A stretch of 64,000 nt of DNA from Octopus vulgaris (lineage: Eukaryota), in assembly GCA_951406725.2 (NCBI GenBank), contig OX597826.1, positions 22,568,001-22,632,000 of the forward strand, written 5' to 3'. Numbering within the stretch: position 1 is the first letter of the stretch; each line of letters begins with the position of its first letter. Below the pieces are notes generated by a model that worked only from the letters and a program-made list of their open reading frames with translations, was not told the DNA's origin and made no database searches. The position numbers were made by a program, and so were the translations under genes. Below are positions 14,350 to 27,829 of this stretch, piece after piece.

Positions 14350-14670
14350 ACTGGAACCGTTCGAACGTTGGGCCTTACGGTGACAGTGACAAGTGATCGA
14401 GACGTTTAGCGATACACCTGTCAAATCAAGTGAGATCGTAGTTATGGTCGATGCCGGGGCTGCGTAACCGGCACCCGTGCAGGTAGCACGTAAAAAAACA
14501 TGCACTACACTCTTTGAGTGGTCGGTGTTTGGAAGAGGATCTAAGCATAGAAACCACACCAAATTAGACTGAACCTGGTGCATTTCCCTAGCTTACCAGC
14601 TTTCAGTCAAACCGTCCAACCCATGCCAGCATGTAAAACAGACGTTAAATGATGATAATGGGGATGATGA

Positions 14671-14673
<3 letters not shown>
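14350..14673 (+). mobile_element. SINE/RTE-like 3' tail fragment
   Basis: Ends ..ccaacccatgccagcatg..gacgttaaatgatgat; homologous to 44573-44896. Confidence 0.65.
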
Positions 14674-14736
<63 letters not shown>

Positions 14737-14889
14737 GTAAATTTATGTAAATGTGTATAGAATAATGTATCAGTCAAATAAAGTTATAACATTGTCTGGT
14801 TTTCACGGTTTTATTATTGTATTTAAATTTTTTTTACAGTGCTGAAGACTGTTAAACATAAAAAAAAATATTTAGTAACGTTCGTAAAG

Positions 14890-14933
14890 TTCAATTAGCG
14901 CTTTCATACGTTCGTAGTAATCATCAGATTTCA
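14890..14933 (-). ncRNA. Minimal hammerhead ribozyme
   Basis: aat-CTGATGA-ttactacgaacgtat-GAAA-GCG-CTA-att with palindromic stem III AGCGCT; lies in an inverted segment upstream of a PLE RT fragment. Confidence 0.6.
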
Positions 14934-15094
14934 AAATGTATTGACTGGCAGTTGAGTTGAGTGCTTGACAACTGTAGTAAAATGACTGACTTCTTCCTTT
15001 TTATACCTTTTAGAAGGCTCCAACAAGCTGCATTTTTTTAATACGGCTTTGACCAATCAGCATACAGCTTGCTGTAATCTTCATACTAGACGTG

Positions 15095-15990
15095 GTCAGC
15101 CTCATCCTCGAAAATAGAACATTTCTTTTCAACGGAAAAAAAACTCCCTCTAAATTCGAGGCACAGCTATGGGGATGCGATTTGCTCCAGTTTTCGTGAA
15201 CTCAATATTGAGATACTTGGAACAAAACCTATATTTAAAAAATTGAAGGCAACTACGGCATGATCTTTAGAAGACATATAGGGGACACCTGGAAAAGATA
15301 CCTCGATGATTGTTTCCTAATTTGGACCAAATGCCTAGAAAATCTGGAAGAATTCAGTACCCTCCTCACCAATCTACACCCTAGTCTCAAATTCACAAGA
15401 GAAATGAGTAGCAACACACAATTACCATTTCTTGATGTAATGGTAATTAAAAACAGCATCACAATCACAACTGATATTTATTACAAAAGATACACACCAG
15501 TACCTAAATTTCAAATTATGCCACGCAGCACACACAAAACGCAACAACCCGTACTGTATAACCAGGAAAATTTGTACTATAATAGATGATCCAAATACTA
15601 GGAACATACGACTTATAGGACTCAAAGGATTTCTGCTCAAGCAAAAATACCATCTCCTATTTGTGCAAAATAGCATACAACGAGCAAAAAGATACCTATA
15701 GAACAACTTAGGGCAACATGAGAAAGACGGACCCAGCAACGGAACACAATACTATTTCTAGTAATATACAATCGGCATCACCAAAACATTTTTAACATCA
15801 TCAAAACAAATTTTCCAATCATGAAACAAAGTGAAAAATTAAAATCATAATAACTAATCAAACACTTATCTTAAGCAAAAGGCAACCATATAACCCAAAT
15901 AAATTATTAACAAAGGCAAAATTCAACATGAACAAACAGGATAAGATATTCTCAGTATCCAAGTGTAATGATAACAGTTGTGGAACGTTC
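15095..15990 (+). mobile_element. PLE RT fragment, degraded
   Basis: RGTAMGM, WKRYLDDCFLIW, LPFLDVMV, TDIYYK, KRQP..LLTKAKF, KCNDNSCGT. Confidence 0.85.
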
Positions 15991-17070
15991 CATCTCGTAT
16001 GTATAATCTAGCCTTTTCTTTGCTGCTTTGAACTTGCTTAGATTCTGTTGTGTGGGGTTTACTGTCGAAATGATTATTAGTTCTTTAACATTTTGTCTTG
16101 CTTTGCGTACGTTTTTGCTTTGCCATAGATTTCTTTGTCTAGATTTTGACGTTGGACTCAGCTGCAGCCATGTGGACTTCAATGATGTTGTTGTACATAG
16201 TATCTGCATTGTCGTTATTGTTAGGTTCTGCAGTGCATTTAATATGTTGTTTACCTCAAATACATATTTAGTTCTTACTTCATTAACTTCCATCAGCTTA
16301 ACCAAATCATATGGAGGTTTCTTTGTTTTCGTTGTGTTATTTGACTTTAGTAAGAGGTGTATCTTTGCCGTAGCTGGTCGACGGTTTAATCCGATGGCAT
16401 TAAAAGAATTGTATCCCTCAGAATTCAGAACACTATTCTCTATTTCTTGTTTATCAAGGTGTGATCCAATTGGGCTTTTGATCCATCTGGCTAGACGAAC
16501 GTCCATAGCTTGCCAGATCTCTGGGTCTACTTCGTGGTAAAACTGATCAGAATAAGTTGGCCGTTGTTTCTTTTGGCCTTCCCATGATAGGACGTGCCAA
16601 CATAATCATCTTTACCAATTCATACATTCATATCACCAGCTACTATAGTAGTATGGTGTTTTGGGACCTGCTTGATGATGTTGACGAGCTCACTGTAGAA
16701 TTCTTCAGCTATTGAATCTTCTGATACGTTTGTTGAGATATAGCAGTACATAACGGTGGTATCAAAATTGCCATTGAAAGTTGAGCTGATAATTCGAGAA
16801 TTAATAGGTTCTACATGGATCTATAATTTGGGGCTGATTAAGATACCCATTCTACCAACAGTCGAATTTTGAGCTTTCTTTGTAGCCGATTCAGGGTAAA
16901 ACTGATACGGCGCATCTTGCATGCCACATCCTCATGGTAAAGTCTGTGTTCTTGGGTATAGATGACATCGAATCCGATTTCATAGAGCATGTGATTTTGT
17001 TGTAATATCTTAGCATCGAACGTTGATGTGAGCGACACTCCTTTTGGTTTCAACAGTTATAAATTAATAG
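15991..17070 (-). mobile_element. RTE-like LINE fragment (APE endonuclease region)
   Basis: FDVIYTQEHR and the SHLD..NSVLNSEGYNSFNAIG..TAKI segment match APE domain motifs; degraded. Confidence 0.7.
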
Positions 17071-17689
17071 CATACTTTCCACCTTAATATGTCTTTGAGT
17101 GGGCGCGTTCCTCGTTTACTCGCAGAACGAGCGATGCGCTATTTGTGGTAATCTGAGATATAAGTCATAGTGATTTTCTGTTGTATGAAGGGACACAATC
17201 AACTGCCGCAACAATGTCTGTCAAATAAAGACTTCATTTCATTGCCATTTACGGTTTCTATTTCATCCGCTAAACAGAACTGTGTGGTAATTCCTAATAC
17301 CAGCCAGTCGGTATATGCTCAACTATCAGAACACCTCCTTGCACTCCGAAGGAGTAATTTTTCTTTTTCATCGATTTTGTCAGATTTTGTCAGTCACTTA
17401 CCCTTTAACCTGTCTAGCCTGATTGCATCGACCACGTGATTACTCTCACGTCAGCACAATTCTCCTGAGTCACAAGAGCACGTAAGCTCTTTTAAAAAAG
17501 TTTTCAAAATGAAAATAAAAATTCCCCACTTTTTCCATATATACACCCACACACACAGTCACACACATAATATATACATATGTACACACAATTGGATGGC
17601 CGTTGACTCTTATGAGTTCCTTCACCCTTTGACGGGTTTTGTTTTCCATTCTGTAGGGTATCCAAAAATTACTTTCCTCATTGAGCACA

Positions 17690-20600
17690 TGCCCTATCCG
17701 TCTCACCTGATGTTAGCAGCTGCTACTACCAATCCCTGCTCGCTCGCGTCCGTTCACTACGACTGCCCCAGGCTGAAAGAAGACGACCCTGGTCTTGCTT
17801 CCTTCACTTCCTCTCTCATCCTTCCTGTCCCGGTGGGGCCCCTTAACCGTTGACGTCACAGTCCTTTCCTTCCGGTTCACCTCATCCCCACACGCCCCAC
17901 TGATCTCAAAGATCAACTCACTTCACCCCATGTCGAGATCTGCCATCCACTCGGGTGGACGCCTCGCGTGCTGTGATCTCTGCAAGGAGGAAACTTCGTT
18001 CTCTTCTTCTCCTCCATCTTCGTCGTACAACGAAGCGACAATTCTGCTAACATCCAAGACATGACGCGGCATCCACAGAAACGCTATTTCTGGAATTAAC
18101 AGCCGTCACTGTTCCCCTGTTTCACTGAGATGTGCAATGTGCCTTCGAGGGGGTTGACCCAGACTTCAGCCTCTACCCGCAGAAAGGCAGGTCTACTCTC
18201 TTCCGCAGGGCATTCTGATGGTTTACTCGGATGCCACTATTCATATCTGACTATCACCTTGTATGGCACGGACTCTATGGCCTGTCCTGATCGGGGCGAC
18301 ATGTTGTACCAGAATATCGCTTCCGACGGTGATATTCGTCCTCTCTCTGCCATGGCCTTGATCGTGCGATGGTGTCTTTCCACGATTCCATTTCCATTCG
18401 GCCTGTATGCCACTCTGAAGAAGCGATGTACATTCCACTTAACAAGCATCTCCTTCATTATTTCCAAAGGAAATTCACTGCCGTTGTCCATCAGCAATTT
18501 ATCCACGGGGATCCGCTTCACGAATATCTCGTTCAGGATACGTGCAATCTCGTCTGTAGTGTCCGTCTTTATTTTCCTCCATATGGCCATCTGACCCAGT
18601 CCTTAGTCGACCATCGAGAGATACGTCCTCTGCCAGTAGTGTGTTACATCCACCGCCAATCGTCTCCAGTTGTGCTCTACCGAGACGTTTCCCTGTTCGT
18701 GCACATCCGGAGCAGGGTCGATGGATTGACACCTATCACAGTTCCCAACTACCCTTTGAATACTCTATCTAGTAACGTCGGAGTCAACCCTCCTGGCCAG
18801 ATACAGGGTTCTATCCACACCCATATGATGCATGGCATGCAGTCTTCTTAGTTCCGAGTCACTTAGCCGACACATTGCAACTAATCTTTGCTTCGAATCT
18901 TCTGGCTCCGCCAACCAAGCCTTTTTCACCTTGGTTAGAATGTCTGCCTTGTTCCTGTCTGAAGGCACAAACATCACGCTCAGCTTCAAACCAAATTCGG
19001 TAGCTAGCTCTCCCAGAACCTCTAGGCGGCGCTTTACTCACATCTCTGCAGCTCCTTTGGTTCTAACCCTCTTTTCATCGGTGATCACTGATCCTACCTA
19101 GCCAAGCACGGTAGTCGAATCGGTTTGGATTTCGATAGTGCCCAACCCCCATTTCAGAGCAATATTCATCCCCTTCAACACCGCGTCCAACTCAACCACG
19201 TTGACGTTGATCTGGTTGTAATTATCTGCTTTTCGAAGCCAGGCCGCGTCTTCCAGTTCGACTCCTCCGATTTCCAGAACAACTTCTGTCGCTCTGCTGC
19301 TAGCATTACACCATACCGTCCCATTCTCCAGTTTGGGCACGTACCAGTTTCCTCTTACTGGGTCTTCTGATTTTGCTCTTGATACGATCTCCAGTTTTCC
19401 CCGTCTGCTCGTCTCTTGATGTAGCTTCACGCTGTTCGAAGCCATTCTGCGTTTGTTTAGCGACCCACTAGTCTCCCACACATCGAGAATAGTTTTCACC
19501 TGTTGACGTTGGTACCCAGTTCCGGGATCTCATTCCCCTTCCGAAACACCAAAACACTTGTTTTGTCTCTTTGAAGCTTGAGCCCCAGTGCAGCTCCTCC
19601 AATCATTGGCTCCGGTGACTTCGTAGTCAACCCGAAGTTCTTTAGATGAATTACGACCTCTGTGGTAGACACTACAGTATCATCTACCAAGATGTCTATA
19701 TAGGAATTGGTAGCCTTTTTTAAAAATCTTATCCACCTTTTCTAGGATAGATTTGAGCACTGTCACCATGAACTTTGGCACAGAATTTAGCCAGAAACCC
19801 ACCCAAGTCAAACAATATGTCTGGCCCTTATATCGCACCAGCTGATACTTCCAGCTTTTCACTCGCATGGAGCTGCAGATATGCCGACTGTAAGTCGATA
19901 ATCGTCTCCGCACTCGTCATCTATCTCTATTTACGCAGTGTCTCACCGCAGACGTCAAATACCTCGCCGTCCGTGGCACGATGCACAGCTATTCATCTCT
20001 CGAAAGTCCAGTACTGGCATGACATTGTCCTTTGTTGGCTGCACCACTGACATTAGTGGCAGCACTCCGCTCATCACCTCATCCTTCCACGGAATGACAC
20101 CCTCTTTAATCCACCTCTCTATCTCCCCTTCAAACTCACTCCTGGCATGTCTTTTCAAGGTATGCTGGTAGCAGCTCAGCCTGTTCTTCAGCGTCGGAGG
20201 CTCCCCTTTCCAGCGTCACTCTACCGTTCACCGCTGACCGTCGAACACCCGGCCGATAATCTTTCTCCTCAATGGTGTAAGCAGTACAGCCCTCTGCAGA
20301 GCTCTTCCCCCTTTCATGTTGCAGCCCCACAGCACATGACATCTCCACCGATACTGACACCCCCAAGGTGGTTGATTACGTCCATGGCCATCACAACGTC
20401 AATTCCGTCTACCACGTGGTCGATCACAATCGCCCGCAGTCTTAATGTTGTGCCCCGCACCGTTACTTCTACTTCGCTGCAACCCTTACATCCAATTTCA
20501 CTGCCATCGATCAACCGAACACTACTCGTCCCCTTCCATTTTTTTCACCTTTGGGGGTCACGAGAGACGTCGCACAGCCCGTATCCGCGAGGCCTTTGAA

Positions 20601-21695
20601 CGCAACCAAGACTTCAACTACGGGTGGCGACTGCACGTGCACCTCCACTTACTCGCGGGGGAAATTTGTGAGGCAGTAACTTCCCCCGTAGCCTTTTCCC
20701 TGACTGTAGTTTCGAGTGATATACACAGTCTGCCTGCACCGGTTGCAAACGGGTCCGGGCTTCGTCTCCGCGCACTCACTCGCCATATGCAGTCCCTGGC
20801 AGTTGAAACACCGGCCCATGTGTTGTCGCTCCACAGCAATTTTTTTCTCCTCGTTCTTTACTGGTCATTGCACAAAGTCGCGGGCTTCTGCAGCTTCCAT
20901 CGCCACTGCCTTCCACCTGGTGTCTTGTGTCGACACAAGGCACTTGGTAGTTGTATCGGTATGTTGTCGAGAAAGCCATTTACGAAGGCCAGTCGTGCTG
21001 CCTTCTCTAGAACCTCTCCGGTAAAACCAGATAGCATAGCCAGTCTCCGAACCTCCGTGGCATACTCGTCGACCTGTTCCCCTGTCCACTTGATCGTTCC
21101 CAACTTTGCAAATGCTGTGTACATTCCCTCCGGATAGCCTTCCCTCAAGCGCTGCTCGATCTTCATCGCGCCCAGCTACCCTTTCTCATCAATCTCGAGC
21201 TACAGCGCCAATGCGCTTCCCTCAAGATACAGACCATGAGAGCTGCTACATCGTCGATGCTTTGTAGCCTGACCATCATCTTGATCTTACGGATCCAGGC
21301 GATTACATCTCCTTCGCTACAGAAAGATCTGACAGCATCGTTACTGATTCTTATCTTTGCTGCCATCTCATGGAAGGGGACAACAACAATGCAAAAACTA
21401 TATTTATATTCGAAAGCCGAAATAGCTTGTGGTAGGAGGAAACTGTAACGCGGGGAATAAAATACAGTTCACCTGCTTCTCGTTGTTTGCTGTCCAGCTA
21501 CGTTAAGTCCAAACACGTACCTGTCTAGCCTAATGTTTGCAGCTGCTACTACCAATCCCAGGCCGAAAGAGAACGATCCTGGTCTTGCTTCCCTCACTTG
21601 CTTTCTCACCTTTCATGTTCCGGTAGGACCCCTTAAGTGGGCTCCTTAACCGTTGACGTCATAACCCTTTCCTTCTGGGTTATCTCATCCCCACA
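17690..21695 (-). mobile_element. Decayed Ty3/Gypsy retrotransposon (gag-PR-RT-RH-IN)
   Basis: gag with knuckle RCFNCQGLHMASEC, protease region, RT (PVLDFREMN), and integrase (HAMHHMGVDRT, DNGSEF, YRPNGNGIVERHHRTIK). 5' LTR 21444-21695 (TGTGGGG..TTACA); truncated, diverged 3' LTR ~17690-17892; many frameshifts. Confidence 0.92.
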
Positions 21696-21719
21696 CATAA
21701 GACAGACAAATAGCTAGGT

Positions 21720-21900
21720 AGCTAGATCGATAGATAGATAGACAGACTGACAGACAGATAGACAGACAGAGAGACAGAGAGACAGAGAGACAGATAGATA
21801 GATAGATAGATACACACACGCATACATACATACATACATACATACATACATACATACATACATACATACATACATACATACATACATACTTACATACATA
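21720..21900. repeat. (GATA)/(GACA)/(TACA) compound microsatellite
   Basis: Visible tetranucleotide runs. Confidence 0.9.
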
Positions 21901-22529
21901 GAAATGATGCTATGTGGTGACACATACGTAATGAAATCTATCAATGTGACAGTATATGTGCTCTCACGTAAGAAAAACTCACTTATATGCAAGTATCTAA
22001 ACGTTCCTATTTATACGAAGGGTCAATGTCAGTCACTGTTTAATAAGCCACAATAATGTTGAACTCCAGAAAACAATTTGGTGGATGGGTAAGAAAATTA
22101 CTCGTCATTTCTTTTTAATTATTGAAGGTCAATAACTGGGACAGTGCGTGGGTGAAAAAGAAAAACCCTGTGCTTTCAAACAAACACTTGCTTTATTGCT
22201 GCTGTGAAGGAAGCAAGCCAGAATCAGTTGTGCAAGGCTGGAATGGACCAGAGATGACAAGAAAATTATTTCGAGGAAAAATATCCAGTGAAAATGAGGC
22301 TAATTTAAAAAAAATATATTATGTTGTATGGACTGGCCGAATTATTAGAGTCCAACACGATCCTTTCTGTTTTAAATACAAATCCAGCAGTGATCAATTT
22401 TTCTTTTCATACATCTGGAGGTCAACAACATAAAGTGGTGGGGCTCAGATTAATCGATACATACTAAACTTGGAATGTATTATACCCTAACATTGTGTCA
22501 ATGTCAGGATATAATATTTTCTGCTAGAT

Positions 22530-22738
22530 AAGGCGGCGAGCTGGCACGAACGTTAGCACGCTGGGCGAAATGTTTAGCGGTATTTCGTCTGTCTTTACGT
22601 TCTGAGTTCAAATTCTACTGAGGCCGACTTTGTCTTTCGGGGTCGATAGATTAAGTACCAGTTGCGTACTGGGGTCGCTCAAATCGACTGTTCCCCTCCC
22701 CCAAAATTTCGGGCCTTGTGCCTAGAGTAGAAAAGAAT
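22530..22738 (+). mobile_element. tRNA-derived SINE
   Basis: ggcggcgagctggca head, gagttcaaattc B-box, ggggtcgat..taagtaccagt core. Confidence 0.8.
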
Positions 22739-22769
22739 ATTTTCTGATAGATATTTTACAAACATGTAA

Positions 22770-22937
22770 TATTGGTTTCAAATTTTGGTACAAGGCCAGT
22801 AATTTCGGGGAGGGGATAGGTCGACTGCATTGACCCTAGTGTTAAACTGGTACATTTAAGTTGACCTCGGAGGAATTTGAACTCAGAACGCTAAGCATTT
22901 TGCCCGGAATGCTAACGATTCTGCCAGCTCGCCGCCT
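22770..22937 (-). mobile_element. tRNA-derived SINE, same family, inverted and internally deleted
   Basis: Reverse complement of the 22530 family (ctgccagctcgccgcc); flanked by a tacaaacatgtaatat direct repeat. Confidence 0.75.
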
Positions 22938-23067
22938 CTACAAACATGTAATATCAAAAAAATGAAATAAAATAATCAGCTACGAAGAGAGTTTCTATAT
23001 GGTCAATCGACTTGCTTGAAAAAGTAGCGATATTTAATTCAAATCACTCCTTTATAAACTTAAATAA

Positions 23068-23385
23068 GCACTGACTCAGTGGTTAGAGTGTCGGGCTCAC
23101 AATCGTGAGGTAGTGAGTTCGATTCCTGGACCGAGCTGTGTGTTGTGTTCTGGAGGAAGAAACTTATTTCTCGCTTCTCCGGTTCACTCAGCTGTAGGAA
23201 TGAGTTGTGACGTCACTGGTGCCAAGCTGTATCAGTTTTTGACTTTCCTTTGGATAATATCGGTGACGTGGAGAGGGGAGGTTGGTATGCATGGACAACT
23301 GTTGGGCTTCCGACTTGTGCCTCGGAGGGTATCTTTCTAGGTGTAAACCCATTGTCATTCATAACCGAAGGGGGTTTCTACCCTT
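23068..23385 (+). mobile_element. tRNA-derived SINE (second family)
   Basis: A-box tgactcagtggttag and B-box gagttcgattcc, followed by a non-tRNA body. Confidence 0.75.
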
Positions 23386-23820
23386 GCTCTTTTTTTTACA
23401 TATCCTGAAAAGAAGGGGTGTTCGAGGAATGCTTTGGATCATAGATTTTATTGATTATAGATGACCAAGGACTAAACAATAATAACCAATGACAATAATA
23501 CAGGCGATTTTTAAACTGAAATCTTTTATTTTTTAAGTGAATCTCTTGGTGTGTAACCAGGGATTGGACAAGAGCTTGCTCTATCGAGTAAATATTTCAA
23601 GATTTTTCAATGGTTTCTCCTCTTAAAATAATTAACATCACATTTTGAATTGTTGGCATGTACTATTTGCCGACACAAAAGGTGGTTTCATAGGAAGCCT
23701 CTTTTATTGATTCTAACGGTTTCTAAGGAAATAACCGGAACGCATTGCTTTACTCTCACAATCTGGCATAATAAGGTTCTGTGATCAAGTTAAGTTTAAA
23801 TCCTGACATCGTCTTGACAG

Positions 23821-23939
23821 CACTAGCGTAGCTTGGGTGTGTGCCGCCCTCGGACCTCACAAAAAATAAATATTGCTTACAGCAGACCCTTTAAAAGCGC
23901 CGCCCGGGGCAGACCGTCCCTATCCTAGCTACGCTAGTG
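23821..23939. mobile_element. hAT-like MITE
   Basis: TIRs cactagcgtagct / agctacgctagtg; degenerate 8-bp TSD cttgacag/cttcatag. Confidence 0.75.
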
Positions 23940-24393
23940 CTTCATAGGAATTAAACGATGTTTGAGTCGAAGTCAGAGGTGAATTTCGTTCAGAACATGA
24001 ATAATGGTAAATATTCCAGCGTTTCAACAAAAATAAATTCCCACAGAGTTCACTCTTTTTTCTCCCTCTTTCCCTTTTCTTTTATGTATATTTCCTTCTC
24101 CTCCCTTATTCTTTGGATAACTGTGCGAGCACTTTATTTTTTAGGAAGTGAAGAATAGTGGACAAAAATTTGACATAAATTTATTTATAGGGACCCTGCC
24201 ATAAAGTAAATGCGTGCATATTCGTGCAACAACTTTAGAAGGTTACACTTTATGCGAAACTTTTCAATTACATTTGTGTGGCAATGTTAGCATTATGATT
24301 TAATTCCCCCTCCCTCCTTTCTGCGATTCTCTCTCTCTCTCCCTCTCTCTCAATACATACATACATACATACATACATACATACATACATACA

Positions 24394-24424
<31 letters not shown>

Positions 24425-24855
24425 GTACGTACACGTCTAAGTGTGTGCATGAGTGTTTGTGATGCGTGTGTGTGTGTAGCTGTGAAATAAGACGTTACAA
24501 TTGGTTAGATATTATATAATTCGTATTACGTCACTTAGAAAAATATTTAAATAGAACACCTCGACTATCAACATATGCACCATAGACCAATGAATGTACC
24601 GTCTTTAGGAGGCCGCTCGACCTACTAGAAATAGCAACAAAATCTCCCTCAAACTACACACTGCACTCTTATAGACGTTACACTGGCTATTGTTGAAGGA
24701 TGGTGGGATCACTATTCGAGAAAAGAGGAAATGGTCATGGCCTAAAAGGCATCAGTTCATTACTGTTGGATCAAGGCTGACTTGGTATTAAATACCAAGA
24801 ACACACTACAACTATCATCACCATAGTCATCATCATCACCATAGTTACCATCATA

Positions 24856-24889
<34 letters not shown>

Positions 24890-25126
24890 GCAGCAAGTTA
24901 CGCTCCACACTATACAACACGCAACAATAACCGTTAACATAGAGGAGAAAAGAAGATAATAAAAGATAATAAAGAATACGAAGATTGGCAGCCCTTCTCT
25001 GCCTCGCTATCATTGCGACTGAATAATTGCTACATTCCAAAGAGAGAAAGAGAGAAACCGACAGAGGGAGGGGAAGAGAGACAACCAGACAACTAGACAA
25101 CCAGACAAAGAGAGAGAGAGAGAGAG

Positions 25127-25222
<96 letters not shown>

Positions 25223-25820
25223 GGGTGCTGTGTTGGAATGCCAATAACAGATGTTGGATGTCCGGAAGTAAAGAGAAGATTCAGTCGTCAGATGAAGAAA
25301 GAGAAGGGGATTGTTGAGAAGAGATGGAGCAGTTAGAAAGAGAAAGTGAGTTGATAAGGGGTTAGATAAGAAAAAATCTCACTCACGAGTCAACAGATTT
25401 TAATGTTGATAACAGTAGAAAAACAATAAATCATAACTGTCATCACTATTATCATCATCATCATCATCATCGTCGTAGTTGTTATTGTCGACACTCATCA
25501 TCAGGGACTCTCAATCATTCTTTGGCCTATTGACCCCTTTGATTCTTATTTTACTCTACTGGACCCGCCATAGTCATTTGATGGATATTTAAAAAATCTT
25601 ACTGTATTTCTAGAACTAAAAATGATTAGGAAGATATAAAGATATATAAAGATATAGGCGTAAGAGTGGCTGTGTGGTAAGTAGCTTGCTTACGAACCAC
25701 ATGGTTCAGTCCCAATGCGTGGCACCTTGGGCAAGTGTTTTCTACTATAGCCTCGTACCGACCAAAGCCTTGTGAGTGGATTTGGTAGACGGAAACTAAA
25801 AGAAGCCCGTCGTATATATG

Positions 25821-25870
<50 letters not shown>

Positions 25871-25871
<1 letters not shown>

Positions 25872-27182
25872 TTTATTTTAAGCAGCAGAAAATTCAACAA
25901 AATCTGTTACTCTGAGTTTCTCGTTGCCGTTCATCAGACAGTTTTTGCTAGAATGGAACTTATATATTAATTCAATCTATACTCTTACAAACGCTACACC
26001 TTTAAAAAGAAATGGACTTGTTTGATTTGCCCTTTAGAAAAAACGGTCAATCTTCGAGCGATAAACAAAAAGGTCAAAAATATATGTATATATATATAAA
26101 AAAACTTATAAAAATTATAAAATCCGAGGAAAAAACCGAGGAAAAAACCTATTGCCGTTAATGAAGACAGTGCAAATTAATGCATAGAAATTAAACCTGT
26201 TATAAATACTGCAATACATATTTATATTAAAATCTACATATATATATCAACATACACAAAAGGATGCGCGTAAACGCCATACATACATATACAGACGTAT
26301 GAATATGAGTCTAAATATACACATAAAAGCATGTGTACATATATTCACGCAAACCGTCTCGCACGCAAGCTAAAATTCATCTATGTAGCAATTCTCATAT
26401 ACTGAGCAAGGAGGGGGAACGAAAGAAAGGGAAAGAGAGAAAAAGGAACGAAGGAGGGGTGGGGAAAAAACTTGTAACGATGTTATTGGCATCTATAGAG
26501 ACCAGTATACATACACAAGTTTGAATGGATACATATACATACCGTCGTGTATATGTGTGCTTAAGCACAAGCATACTTTCACTTACACATACACAGATAC
26601 GCATGCTTACAAATACATATGCTTTGCTATACACATACTTATATAAACATTCTAATTTTGACAACATTGCTTTTTTAAAAAAAACATTGCTTTTAAAAAA
26701 TGGGTGCATTAATAAAAATATATACGAAAGACATATAAAATAAAATATAACATCCTATTTTGGGTCATTTATAAATAATCAAGGTAATATAAATAATCAA
26801 GGTAATCCTATGCAATACAATAACATGAAAACAAAGTTTGTAGGTTTTTCCTAATATATATGTAGAAACATAAGACTTTGCTATACGGATTAATATCCGC
26901 GTAGCTTGGAAACAGAATCAAAATCCGTCGTAGCGCTCAAGAGTCAAAATCAAGATCAAAAATCAAAAATACAAAATATATACTCTATCCATATGGTATA
27001 TTTATATTCGACATTTTAAATTTAGCCGCGTGCCTACATAAGTTCATTAACTCACTTCTTTGATTCAAAGAATTATTGTCTTTGAATAAGATGTGCATTT
27101 TTTCTAATAGGCAAAGTCTGCACTTGAAATTATATTTGTAAGCTCCATGCCTGTATGGTGCCGCCCATGCCTGTATGGTGCC
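25871..27182 (-). mobile_element. 3' fragment of Naiad-like PLE
   Basis: AYKYNFKCRLCLLEKMHIL..LNQRSELMNLCRH EN C-terminus; hammerhead near the 3' end; 20-bp tandem duplication at the 5' junction. Confidence 0.85.
25899..25946 (-). ncRNA. Minimal hammerhead ribozyme
   Basis: aaaactgt-CTGATGA-acggcaacga-GAAA-CTCAGA-GTA-acagattt. Confidence 0.75.
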
Positions 27183-27535
27183 ATATATATATATGTATGT
27201 ATGTGTATATATTTGTGTGTCTGTGTTTGTCTCCTCAACATCGCTTGACAACCGATGCTGGTATGTTTACGTCCCCGTAACTTAGTGGTTCGGCAAAATA
27301 GACCGATAGAATAAGTACTAGGCTTACAAAGAATAAGTCCTGGGGTCGATTTGTTCGGCTTAAGGCACTGCTCCAGCATGGCCACAGTCAAATGACTGAA
27401 ACAAGTAAAAGAGTAAATGAGGAATTGTATTAAAAATTGTTAAAATATTTTGTATATTGCCAAAATAAAAGCAATTTATTACACAATTTTAACAGGAAAA
27501 CCTTCTATGGACTCCAAGAGTCATACGGAGCCCGG

Positions 27536-27685
27536 CTTCTTTTGCCGAACTGCTAGGTTACGGAGATATAAACACACCAACATTACAAGGCTTCGGTCGG
27601 CCCGAGGCTGTAGTAGAAGATACTTGCCCTAGGTGCCACGCAGTGGGACTGAACCCACTGAACCATGTGGTTGAGAAGCAAGCAT
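27536..27685 (-). mobile_element. Internally deleted SINE copy
   Basis: Head and tail pieces of the 25656 family joined, reverse strand. Confidence 0.65.
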
Positions 27686-27829
27686 TTCGACGATGTTAGA
27701 ATTAAGTTACCAAGTAAAATATTTAATACTCAACCCCAGAATTTCGATATAACATGTAAAGTAACATGCAAGGTGAAACAAACATAGGAGACGCTTTGCC
27801 TACGCAAAAACTGCAGGAGCTCTTCAGAG

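Larger units (their letters stand above)
25656..27418 (+). mobile_element. tRNA-head SINE split at its internal (TA)n by a PLE
   Basis: Head 25656-25815 (gtggctgtgtggtaag..gaaactaaaagaagcccgtcgta) and tail 27215-27418; same two halves as 56793-57722. Confidence 0.78.

Noticed and set aside
23068-23140. tRNA gene
   Set aside because: The A/B boxes continue into a SINE body, with no clean acceptor stem or terminator.
24771-25244. 157-aa hydrophobic ORF as a membrane protein
   Set aside because: Composed of (GA)n, (GATA)n, (CAG)n and (CAT)n repeats.
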